Assembly (NCBI GenBank): GCA_964187785.1
Contig: OZ076409.1
Span: 40,984,001-41,048,000 of the forward strand
DNA from: Amphiscolops sp. MND2022
Lineage: Eukaryota
Reading direction: 5' to 3'
DNA: 64,000 nt
Below, in pieces: positions 1-10,878 of the stretch. Both the position numbers and the translations under genes were made by a program. Each line of letters starts with the position of its first letter. Positions within the stretch are counted from its first letter, which is position 1. The notes beneath the pieces are model-generated. The model saw only the letters and a list, made by a program, of their open reading frames with translations, was not told where the DNA came from and searched no databases.

Positions 1-27
1 AGTATTGCGTAATCATTGGTGATCAAA

Positions 28-772
28 TGTAACGGCAAGCTCTGGTACAGCAATATCCACCGATTTTGCAACTCGACATGTTCAGAAATTTTGCCAAAAA
101 TTCGTTCAAATCTGACGTGGCACTCAAACATGCTCAAGATGAAGTACCTGCCAGAAAAGCACCCCAGAAAATCAGAAAACGCCGCCCGCGAAGAGCGAAC
201 GCAAGAAAACGACCGAAAAGACGTACTTTTTGTCTAAAAAACACGGTATTGTGCCCATCCCAAGAGATCGACACTACTATAGTACCGGAAACCCGTGTTC
301 CAGATGTTCGCCTGAGTATCCCTGCAGTGTCCTGTGTGGTGACGAGCGCTAGCGCTGGGAGCCGAGGTCAATTTCTACCAAAATGACTCAAACTGTTAAT
401 TTTGTTGTATTTCTCTTTGCTGTAGATTGATATGCTCGAGAGCTGCCCTTGAACATCTATGTTTACCTATTTGGATATGTCGATTTTATCAGATTCTCCA
501 ATACTATGCCTCAACCTCCTCTTGTTTTCAGCCCCTTTTTTAAAGGCTAGTTGAGCAGTGGTCTTGAGTTATGCAAGATGCCTGTTACTTTTAGCAGTTA
601 CAGACTGGGACCAGGCCAGAGAATTTCTTACAAGACGGTTCCCCCACCTTGGGACTGGCTCCTTCGGAGGGAAAATGAGCTAGGGCCGCGGAGATCTAAG
701 TCCCAGATTATATTCGCTGTTCTAGTTCCTCCACTCTAAGTTACGGTTCAAGCGCCGGCGCTTATCGTTACA
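28..772 (+). repeat. 5' LTR (745 bp)
   Basis: Starts TGTAACG and ends CGTTACA (7-bp inverted termini); colinear with 17948-18692, no indels, about 15 substitutions by manual count (~2%). Confidence 0.96.
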
Positions 773-786
773 TAGAACCTCATTTT

Positions 787-804
787 TAGGCGACCACAGA
801 GGGA
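787..804 (+). promoter_or_regulatory. Putative primer-binding site (tRNA-Arg-like)
   Basis: TAGGCGACCACAGAGGGA resembles TGGCGACC..., the complement of tRNA-Arg(TCG) 3' ends; it lies 14 bp after the LTR and the TGG is imperfect. Confidence 0.45.
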
Positions 805-3292
805 TCGTCTTGGGAAGCTTTCCCGAGCGGTTTTTAAAAGATCTGGCCCCCTGGTGATCAGCGCCAAGCCCGTTTCGACTCTGGAAAAGGAGAGAGAAGC
901 AGAGTTTTGCCCTTTTTAGTCGTGTGGCAATCTACTGGAACTGGGAGAAGCGTTGAACTAGAGAAAACCCGAAAAAATCACGTTTTCAGGTGTGAAAATG
1001 GCATTTTTAGGTGTTTTAGAAGAAAATCGCTATTTTTGTGTGATGTGTTATGTACCCATCAGCGGGTATCTTTTTGCAGGTACAGAAGACCGTAGCACGT
1101 GGCTGCGGGTGTTTAACAGGTTTTGCGAGCTATTTTCAGCCATTTTATGCCATGCAAGAAGGTAACTGTTGGATGATCGGCCATGAGCCAGCGAGGCGAG
1201 GGAAGAGTCGATTTGTGTGTTGTCTACTTTCTACTCCCATTTCTCGTGGAGACGTCCTAGAGGTATGGTTTTTGGTGGACAGCAAGTGCAACAGCAGACG
1301 GTGCTAATGGTCTAAACCGCGTGTCTCTGTCGGGTCTAGATGTGGAGAAAAAGCGTGGAGAAGATGCACCCCCTGTGACCAGACGTGTCGCTCAAATGGC
1401 TCATGGTTGGCGAAAATTTTGAAAATGCGCCTTTTTCGACGGAGAATCGTTGGTGCAGGTCAGTGACGTTTTATCGCAAATGTAACGACACCCAATGAAG
1501 TGCTTTTCTGCGAAAAAGATGGCACTCGAGCGAAAAAACCTCATTTTTGCGTTTTTTTTGATGTTTTTCTTGGTTTCGAGCACTCGTGCTCAGTGGAACC
1601 AGGAAAACTTTGCGAAAAGTGTTGTGAAAAGCAGCTACAAGGCTCGAGAAAGCTGATACAAGACACGAGAGGCAGTATTCTGACCTTTGGTTGTGATAAA
1701 AGTGCCGATTTAGTACCAGAAAATTGCAAAAAAGTGGAAAATTGGCCTAAAAGGCACCTAAAAGCACAGGCGTACACTTGTGTAGAAGCATGGAAGAGCA
1801 GTGTACGGTTTTTTTTGCAAGCGTAACTAACCCACAGGACACTAACTGCAACTTTTGTAGCGGATTCAGGCAGCCCGGAGCTGACACGGTGTAAAAAACC
1901 TGTGATTTAAAGCGTTTTCAGGCATAGAAAGTGCATTGTCTGAAAGTCTTGGGAGCGAAGTCTAATTGAAAGGAGCTGCTCCGAACACTCTTTTTTTGTT
2001 TCTGTGATAAAAATAACGCGTGGTGGTGAAAACCGCGTGTAAAAATTCCTGTTCAGTGCTGAGAAAAGTGGAAAAACGCACTGAATTTGGTCAATTTTCC
2101 ACTAAACCGGACTGTCTCCAGACTAGGGTCGGGTCACTCAATTCCGAACCCTAGCCAAAAAGTGGTTGCATTTTCGTAATCACCACAAAAATTAACGTTA
2201 GTGCCGAAACTTTGGTGAGTGTATCGGTCACCAAAGTCGAGAAAAGCTCTCTGACGTTTCGACTTCAGAAAAGCATAAAAAGACCGAAAAAATCCAAAAC
2301 TGCAGGACTGTCAGTGCCTTATACCTAACGGGCACAACCAATTGAAGGTCTATCCCAGTGCTACGGATAGTGGGGCAACACGTTGGTCCCATTTTGCCCG
2401 CCGTATCACTTCCTGAGGTGATCCTCTTGGTCAATTTGTGAAAAAAGTGGTCAAAAACAGTGTTTTTTCGTGCGTAACGTCCATAACTGGTCGAAACCTC
2501 AAATAAGCGCTCGCGCTTCAATTCGACCATTTTAGTGGCATTGTAGGTGCCCACTAGCATAGACTACCAAGTTTGGTGCCGATCTGTGTGATACTCGTTG
2601 AGAAAATAGGAAAAACGTGGCACCCAAAAAGGTGCGCAAAAAGGCAGTTTTTTCTTAGTTTTTCCAAGTAACCCGGGCACCTTAGCCGACGGGTGGGGCT
2701 ATATTGCAGCCCACCATTGTAATTTGTGCTAGTTCCTACGTTGCTGCAGAGAATTTGAGCTTGCTAGCTTTTTCCAGTGGACCGCAATCTTGAAAAAGAC
2801 GTGAAAAACAGTGCATCTCAGTACATAGTGGTACCGCACGTCTGTACCTAGGTGAAACTGTGTAGAAGAGGCGCAGCTCAAAACTGTAATCATTTTCGTA
2901 AACCTACGTGTATCTGAGATCTGCTGGTTAATTTTGGGCTTGATATAGCGCTTCCAGCGCACACACGAACCTCTTGAGTCTTGTTGTGCGATTGTTGGAA
3001 AATCCAAAAATTCCTTGAAATTCTTCCTATGAATGACCGGAGACTTTCTGCCCTAAACCAAGTTGATTTTCTGGCCCAGTGTGCTTGTGAGAAAACGCTG
3101 TGCGAATTTGAGCAGCCTACGACCCCTAGAACGCATTTCGGAAAATTGAGGACATAGCCAACCACAATTTTCTTAAGTCCTCACCGAAACGAATAGAGAG
3201 CTGATAGTGACTGAGCGGCCCCCGTACTCTCTGAAATCCAACCAGGGGCGGCGTCTGAGTTACTAGTGCTCGTTTGGCCACTGATATAGTGC

Positions 3293-6200
3293 ATGATAGC
3301 CATGCGAGGTCCAGCGAAGTCCGACCTGAGCTCGCAGTCTTGGGCAACACATGAATCCTCGATGGACGGTTCGCATTTTTCAGACGAAATGTCTGACGAA
3401 GTTACTATCGAGCAACAACGCAAGGAGGAATTGGCCGCCATGGCTCCCCCCTCCGACGGTTCAGTCACTTCTGGAAGCTCCCGCCGCACTGAGCAATGGG
3501 TCGACGAGACATGCCGCGAAAGAGCCAACGAGGCAGAAGAGGAGTGGCCCAACTCAAACGTAACTAACGAGCCTGTAGCCGAGGAAGGGTGCTCCTGAGC
3601 ACCCCTGAGCAAAGAAACGAATTCGCGCTTGCAAGTCGCTGTGGACCAAGACCTCACCTATGTAGAAAACGCGAATTATTCGAGACCACAAGGGTCAGGA
3701 CTCGCTCGAGGGATCACTCGAGTTTGTGCCTATGGAAAGCACAAGAGGGTGCGACCGCCCATGATGAACGCGGGGGAACGCTACCTCGATGTATAAGGCG
3801 GCACTATTGGATGCCCAAGCCGAAACCCAGCGTGCCTTAGCAGGATTAGCCAGCACTCGTGCTGAGTGCAATGAGCAGCATCATGCCATCGTCGAGAACA
3901 TGAGAACGATGCAAATGACGATGCGGGAAGGGCTACAAGTAAGTGACCAACTGCGTACTGCGCAGAATGTGCAGAGTGCCCGAGTAGACACACTAGGCCA
4001 TCGAATGGGCGAAATGAATGACTTGCTAATGGCCCGTGAGCTGCGCGTAGAGACCCAGATCAACGACTTGAGCAACCAAATGCATACTGTGCTCAACGCT
4101 ATCAACACCATGAGGCGTGAGAGGTCCCTCCCGCGACCACCTGGTGCAGGAGAGGGTATGCCAGCTGGGAGCTCCACCAAGGCTCCGGAACAACCACACC
4201 CAAGTCGAGCGATAAAGCCGGAGTTAACCAGCGCGCTGAAACCTAGCGCCTCCAAACCAACAGTGCCTGAAACTCGGGTCAAGGATCCAGTGCTCATCAT
4301 GTCTGACACAGAGCGCAAGCCTGCACGAGTGCAGATGAGAGGGCCCCATGACTCCTAATCTACGAGTCTGTTGACCCCATCTGCAGCCAAAAGCGCCACC
4401 CGAGACCAAGGTGTGGACCCAATGTCAACTATCTATCTAGATTCCTCTACCGAAGTTGATTTAGCCAGCACCAAAGTCACACTGGGATCCCAAACTGAAG
4501 GAGCCGCGTACGTGACGGCCCCTACCACGAGGTCCGGACCAAATTCCCTGTACCTGACAGCCGACCTAACAGCCTATGACGGAATGCCCTCGGGCACTCC
4601 ATGTGCGAGCAGCACTCGAAAAAAGGAAGAGACGATGGATCTATCGGTGCAAGCCACGCACGGCAGTGACGATGGAACGGACGAGGTGGAACCCAAGGAA
4701 GGAGAGGCTGCAGTCATCTCCCCCGAGCAGCTAAGGTTCACCGCCGCCATATCCAAAGCTATGTGTAAGGAGCTGGCACCTTTGCTGGCAGGGCGGGATC
4801 TGGCCCAAACCAGACCCAACGTGTATCGTGGTTCCAAGGATGGGTCTATCGATGGATGGATCCTCGTCACGCAGAGATACCTGAAACGAATTCAGACCAA
4901 GGTCTCGGCTGAAGACCGGGCCTGGAGCATCATCAGTCACCTCGAAGGTGAAGCTCGCAACTACATCATCAACAAAGCCGAGTCTGAACGTGACACTCCT
5001 GAAAAGGTATTCGAGCTGTTATCCAGTCGCTTCGGTGCCGGAGGAAATCGCATGCAGGTACGGCAAACTTTCCAAAGTCGTGTCCAACAAGAGAAGGAGG
5101 ACTGGATGCAGTACCTGGACGCTCTAGAGGGTCTCAGAAGTCAGGGATTCCCGCAGGAGAGTATCACTACCAAACGCTATGAGATCCTGCAACGCTTTAT
5201 GGAAGGTGTGCGAGATCCAATGTTGCGACGAGAGCTCGCTATAGTGTACGCCTCAGAAACCTTCCTCACGGACCCCCCTACGGTGGAGAATTTGCGCTTC
5301 ACCACTCGCCAATTACAGCGTAACCGTCCCAAACCAACACAACCCCAACAACCTTATGATCCCCGATTAGCCATGAGGTCTCGACCTCATCCTTTTGTAC
5401 CGTTGCCGCCGAACAAAATGGCAATGCCACAAGGCGTATTGCCACCCCCGGCGCCTCCCTCGAATGCCCCAGCAGCTCCCGCTGTTATGGTTCCCGCCCG
5501 AGTACCGGCAGGTGCTTGCTTCCACTGCGGGCAAAACGGACATTTCGCTCGCGAGTGTCCCAATCGCGAGCAAGCCCGCAAACCCCTAGCCGCCTCCGAA
5601 CCTGAAGGCGTGAATGTCACTGCCGAAGACACAACCGATGGGATTCTCGAAGGTTATCCCGGAATCTACCAATGCACCAACTGTGGAGTCTTTGACCATG
5701 CCGGAGTGCAATGTGGCGAGCACTCCCAAACCCAGAAGCCCAACGATGAATTTGCCTACAACCGATGGGCTGAAGTTGAATCCGCTGGCGTCGCCGCGCA
5801 TACAGTGCCTTTAGAAGATGATCGCGTATTGATGCTACACCCGGCGCAGCCACCTGCATTCCACACTCCGTTGACGTTAACCTGCGGTGCTAAGCAAGTC
5901 CAAACCTGCTTGGAGCCTACAACATTCGATCCGCAAGGACGAACGCTAATATCCATCCACTTGCTGTTAGCTGCCGAACAAGTCCGCAGACCAACATTGA
6001 CCCTCGCGAAACTTTGGGTCGAGTTGTCCATCCTCTACACACGAGTCGAATTGCCCCGTCCAAAGGAGTGGTACGCTCCGGGAGAGTCCAAAACCCTGAC
6101 GACGTACTCTCGAGTGCCCGTCTGCGCGACGATGGATGGCGTAGATGTGAAGTTCGAAGCTTGCGTGGTGGTGGATGTATTCCCACCTGGCCTATGCCTG

Positions 6201-7166
6201 GGCCCTCAAGAACTGAAGTGCTACAACATAAATCACCAAGAACCAACTGGTGAAGCACGTATAGATGAGCGTGCGTCGCTCGTTGTCTCTTTCGTCGTGC
6301 CCCACGCGGCACCTATCCCATTGCGAGGACTGGTGGACACTGGCTCTGGCGTGTCCATATTGACATTCTCTGCTTTCAATAGAGTGGCAGCGCAGACCGG
6401 TACTGTCCTGAAACCATACCAGGTGGACTTGTATGCCGCCAATGGAAAGACGATAAAGACCTACGGCCTGGCAGAACGTATCCACTTCCAATTGGGAGGA
6501 TACGAACTTGAAACGAACTTTGTCGTGGTGGATGACGCTATGGGTGTGGAGGACTTCCTCCTAGGGCGGAATTTCCTCCGCTCCTATCAGGTCTCAGTGG
6601 ACCTTACATCCATGAAGATCGTGGTGCGAGCACCAGTGAAACCTGTCTGGCATCATGCACATGCACAGGTAGGAGACGCTTCATTAACTACCCCGGTTGT
6701 TCTGGACTGTGACGTAGTCCTGCAGCCTTTCGAACGTGCGGTGGCCAGAGCTAAGCTCGTCACCGATGCGCTGGAGCCAATGATCTTCCAAAGCGTAGCG
6801 CTCAACGCCTCTTTGTCTGACACTTCATTGCATAATGTCGTCTTTTTAGAGGACAGCGTGGCCACTGTCAGTGAGACAGGCACATTGTACGTGAGTCTGA
6901 TAAACCTCACCAGTAACCCACAACGCGTGCGGTGTTGTGTTCAACTGAGCACCGTAGTACCCGTGTCATTAGTGTACCAGGCAGTGCCTCAGAATCTGGG
7001 CTCTTCTACAACAACCAGTAAAGAAACTAACGCCGACAACGGTCGAGCAAATTTTGTTTGTAAAGTGTACAGTGAAATGAATCTATCCACTGCTTCTGAG
7101 TTGACTTCTTCTTCAGAATTTGAGTTTTTATCCTCAACTGATCCTAGTGAGACTTTCGGAGCGTGA
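3293..7166 (+). pseudogene. gag: gag-protease region (coiled coil, capsid-like, two CCHC knuckles, aspartic protease)
   Basis: ORFs 3293-3598, 3789-4358 and 4371-7166 are joined by stops (3596-3598, 4356-4358) and a frameshift near 3790. Knuckles CFHCGQNGHFAREC (5517-5558) and CTNCGVFDHAGVQC (5673-5714); protease LVDTGS (D at 6336) ... FLLGRNFL. Confidence 0.9.
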
Positions 7167-10100
7167 AATTCGCAAAGGTACCGATCCAGAGCTAATGGCT
7201 CCGATTCCCGGACCAGACTCTCAGCTGCAAGAAGTTAAGGATTTATGGGGCGCTAGCGCCTGCGAGTCCCTCGGTAGTATCCTTAATGAGTTCGATGATT
7301 TATTCATGAAACACAAGGCTGACATCGGCCGCTGTACTATCGCTAAACACACCGTAGAGGTGGAGCCAGGGGCTGTGCCGCATCGCGAAGGTGCTCGTAG
7401 GATGTCCCCTGAAAAGACTGAGCGCGCCAATCAAGAGGTGCGGAACCTCTTGGCCTTAGGAATGATACGACCCTCGCTGTCCCCTTGGGCGAGTGGCATT
7501 GTGATGGTAAAAAAGAAAAACGGGGAGTTACGCCTCTGCTGCGACTTCCGCCCGTTAAACGAGGTGACCATCAAAGATGCCTACCCTTTGCCTCGCATAG
7601 ATGAAAGCCTGGCCCGGCTGGGTAAGGCCAAGATCTATACCAGCATAGACCTTGCCTGGGCATTTCGGCAAATTCCTGTGCGAAAGGCGGATCGTCACAA
7701 AACCGCTTTTGCTTGCGAATTATGGCTTTTTGAATGGTGGCGAATGCCATTCGGCATGTTTAACGCTTCAGCCACTTTCCAGCGAGCGATAGCGCGCGCG
7801 CTACGGAACATTGTCAACCGCGAAGGCAGCATGGTGATGGCCTACATCGATGACATTGTGATTTCAACCGAGACTGTGGAAGACCACATGGCACGACTAC
7901 GCGAAGTCTTTGAGTGCCTCCGTGAAGCTGGTCCGAGGCGCGTAGCCAAGTGCGATTTCATGAAGTCGGAGATCAAATATTTGGGACGTGTCGTCTCCGC
8001 GGAAGGCGTGAAACCAGACCCGAAAGCCGTTGCCAAATTGCGCGACTGGGAGATTCCCCGCAACAAAACAGAAATGCAGAGCTTCCTGGGGTTCGCCAAT
8101 TACTATCGAGAATTTATTCCCTGGCACGCCAAATTAGTCGCACCCCTACACACCGTTACCGGACTCAACGTCACGTTCACTTGGGGTTCCGAACAGCAAA
8201 AAGCATTTAACGAAATCAAGAAAGCACTGATCGAGGCGACTGCGCTTGCGCAGCCCGATTCCGAAGAAGAGTTCGTGCTGGACACTGACGCCAGCGCTGT
8301 TGCCATCTCTGGCATCCTCCACCAATGGCAAGGTCCTCCTGGCGAAAGGCGTCTGAAACCAATTGTGTATGGCAGTAAGAAACTCACGACCACACAAGCC
8401 AAGTATGGGGCTCCCAAATTGGAAATGTTTGCAGCCTACTACTTCATTGTGAAGTACCACAGTTATCTTTGTCCACGAAAGTTCACCCTGAGGGTGGACA
8501 ACCAAGCCTTGTCCTGGTTGAAGACATATTCCACGGATCAAGCACTGATTGGCCGATGGATCATGACCCTGGAGAAGTATCACTTTCGCGTGGAACACCG
8601 CCCACGAACTCAGCATCGCAACGCCGACGGCTTGAGCAAGCGAACTAATGAATATCGATGCCGGGAGAAACAACTTGCGCAGCTGCCAGCCGCGGGACAG
8701 CGTTGGAATTTCGTGTCAGCTGAGGAATTCGACAAGCTCCCTGTTGCCCCCTGGTTCGACCTCCAAGGTCGGGTGATTCCGAATCATCCCGATCTCCCCG
8801 AGCATCTGCAGAACCTGGAGCCTAAGGCTCCCAGCCCAGTATTACGTGTGCTTCGCCGCACTCAACGGGCAACCCGGCGAGAGAAACAAGCAAAAGCGCT
8901 GGCAGCGCACTTGCCGCCACCACCCCCTCTCGCACTACAACCGAACGAAGAGTCCTACCCAGACTATCCGGAAGACTGGATCGATGTCACCGCCGAGGCT
9001 CGTGAAGAATATTTGTTGCCGACGCATGCTGTCAACGTACCTTCGCGAACTGTCTACCCAGTTGCCGGAGCGAGTGCAGCCAGCCTGCAAGGTACTCCTT
9101 CGGGTGTGCGTGACTCCATCATGGCCCTCAAAGACATCGACACCGAACTTCACGAACATGCTCACACCGTGCATGGAATCAAGGATTTGGTTTTAGCCCA
9201 AAACCGTGATATGCATGTACTGGCACTAAAAAAACTGGTCCTGAGCGAATCCATTGACCACGACATCTTTCCTGAGAACGTGCGTGAGTTCGCGCGTAAC
9301 TACTACCGCCAGAAGAAACATCTCTTGTTCATCAACAAAAATGATATTCTCTGCGTACGGTATTCCCCCAACCAACGCCCCTTGCACGAACGTCCGTGCA
9401 TGATAATCATGCCTCAACTGTATCAACACGAGATCTTGTTCCGTGCGCACGACGCCATGGGACACCAGGGCATCTCCAAAGTGGTAGCCCGAATCCAAGA
9501 ACGCCACACATGGCCTGGCATTCGACGCAGCGTGGGTCGTTACGTTGGCCAATGTCTCACCTGCCAACAAGTACGGGACAAGCCTGGTGAAGTCCGATTC
9601 CATCTGAAGAACATCCAGAGCGGATACTTCAATGAACTGGTCCAGTACGACCATCTGAAGATCTGCCCCTCAGACAACAACAACACTGGCATCTTGGTCA
9701 TCATCGATCATTTCTCCAAGTTCGCAGAAGCAGTTCCTTGCAGTCATCACGACTATGACGCTGTAACTACCTCTCGGTTGTTGCTACAGAAATGGTTTGC
9801 CCGTCATGGCACACCCACTCGAATGCAATTAGACAATGATCCGAACTTGACTGCCGAAGTATTCAATGAATTCCTGAAAGCAGCCCATGTCACGAAAGTG
9901 ACTTCCACTGCAGGGCATCCCAGGACCCAAGGCTTGGTAGAACGCCAAAACCGAACACTATTAACACTACTGCGAGTCTTTTGCTCCCGCCGCATGCGCG
10001 ACTGGGACCAATGTCTAGACGAAGTCATGGCTGCCTATAATTCAACGAGGCACGCTACCACTGGCTTCTCACCCTACATGTTAACGCGGGGCATGGAGAA

Positions 10101-10878
10101 AGCCATTCCGCTCACGTTTCTGTACCCCGAATTTGCCGCCAAATCCTTCGAAACGCATGAAGCGTACGTCGATCACGTGTTGGCTCGCCAACAAGAGATT
10201 CATTACTTGATGCGACGTAACACGCACCAAGCTCAACTACGTCAAAAACTAAAGTACGATCGTGCAATACAAGCGCGAGCCTACCAGCCGAGAGAACTCG
10301 TCTGGATTTTTTGCCGTTACGTGCCGCAAAAAGGCTCCCCCAAGCTAATGCGCGCTTGGCGTGGCCCTCACAAAGTTGTGCAAGTCTTCCAGGACGGTCG
10401 TGTCTACGTGCTGGACACGGGCCAAAAGGTTCATTTCGAGCGCCTCAAACCACATCACAGTGGCCCTCTTGAACTCGCTGCTGCACCCGCGGACAGCGGC
10501 GAAGTAGTGGTACTTATGGACCCCGAGCCTGAACGCTCCGTTGACGTGGTTGAAGACGACAAATCGCTTCCCTCATATAAGTCCGAACAACTGCTTTCAG
10601 AAGCGTCCGATGCGTCCTTGCCCTCACGCAAACGTCACTGGATGGACACTCGATTACGTACAAAGCTACGCGCAGGAGGCTCGCGTATGCATTACCAGCA
10701 ATTTGACTATTCCACGTCGGGTACTGCTGACGAATTATCTGATGTCATGTTGCCGATACCTCCGGACCTATTTGATGCAGGTCAAGCGGAGCCCGAGGCT
10801 CCTCCGGCTGCTTCAGATCAATCGATATCACCCGCTCGTATTCTACCTCAACTATTCTCCGACCATCTCTTCCTCTGA
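7120..10878 (+). CDS. pol: Pol: reverse transcriptase, RNase H, integrase
   Basis: RT motifs SPWASGIVMVKKK, DFRPLN, MPFG, YIDD (7843-7854); RNase H DTDAS (8281) and NADGLS; integrase HDAMGH..CLTC, D-D-E core (QYDH/QLDND/ERQN), WRGPHKV (GPY/F-like). Frameshifted relative to gag-pro near 7150. Confidence 0.96.
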   Translation: MSFYPQLILVRLSEREIRKGTDPELMAPIPGPDSQLQEVKDLWGASACESLGSILNEFDDLFMKHKADIGRCTIAKHTVEVEPGAVPHREGARRMSPEKTERANQEVRNLLALGMIRPSLSPWASGIVMVKKKNGELRLCCDFRPLNEVTIKDAYPLPRIDESLARLGKAKIYTSIDLAWAFRQIPVRKADRHKTAFACELWLFEWWRMPFGMFNASATFQRAIARALRNIVNREGSMVMAYIDDIVISTETVEDHMARLREVFECLREAGPRRVAKCDFMKSEIKYLGRVVSAEGVKPDPKAVAKLRDWEIPRNKTEMQSFLGFANYYREFIPWHAKLVAPLHTVTGLNVTFTWGSEQQKAFNEIKKALIEATALAQPDSEEEFVLDTDASAVAISGILHQWQGPPGERRLKPIVYGSKKLTTTQAKYGAPKLEMFAAYYFIVKYHSYLCPRKFTLRVDNQALSWLKTYSTDQALIGRWIMTLEKYHFRVEHRPRTQHRNADGLSKRTNEYRCREKQLAQLPAAGQRWNFVSAEEFDKLPVAPWFDLQGRVIPNHPDLPEHLQNLEPKAPSPVLRVLRRTQRATRREKQAKALAAHLPPPPPLALQPNEESYPDYPEDWIDVTAEAREEYLLPTHAVNVPSRTVYPVAGASAASLQGTPSGVRDSIMALKDIDTELHEHAHTVHGIKDLVLAQNRDMHVLALKKLVLSESIDHDIFPENVREFARNYYRQKKHLLFINKNDILCVRYSPNQRPLHERPCMIIMPQLYQHEILFRAHDAMGHQGISKVVARIQERHTWPGIRRSVGRYVGQCLTCQQVRDKPGEVRFHLKNIQSGYFNELVQYDHLKICPSDNNNTGILVIIDHFSKFAEAVPCSHHDYDAVTTSRLLLQKWFARHGTPTRMQLDNDPNLTAEVFNEFLKAAHVTKVTSTAGHPRTQGLVERQNRTLLTLLRVFCSRRMRDWDQCLDEVMAAYNSTRHATTGFSPYMLTRGMEKAIPLTFLYPEFAAKSFETHEAYVDHVLARQQEIHYLMRRNTHQAQLRQKLKYDRAIQARAYQPRELVWIFCRYVPQKGSPKLMRAWRGPHKVVQVFQDGRVYVLDTGQKVHFERLKPHHSGPLELAAAPADSGEVVVLMDPEPERSVDVVEDDKSLPSYKSEQLLSEASDASLPSRKRHWMDTRLRTKLRAGGSRMHYQQFDYSTSGTADELSDVMLPIPPDLFDAGQAEPEAPPAASDQSISPARILPQLFSDHLFL

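Noticed and set aside
7120..7166. Programmed gag-pol frameshift
   Set aside because: The shift lies after the protease with no clear slippery heptamer, and the element has other random lesions; a small deletion is more likely.
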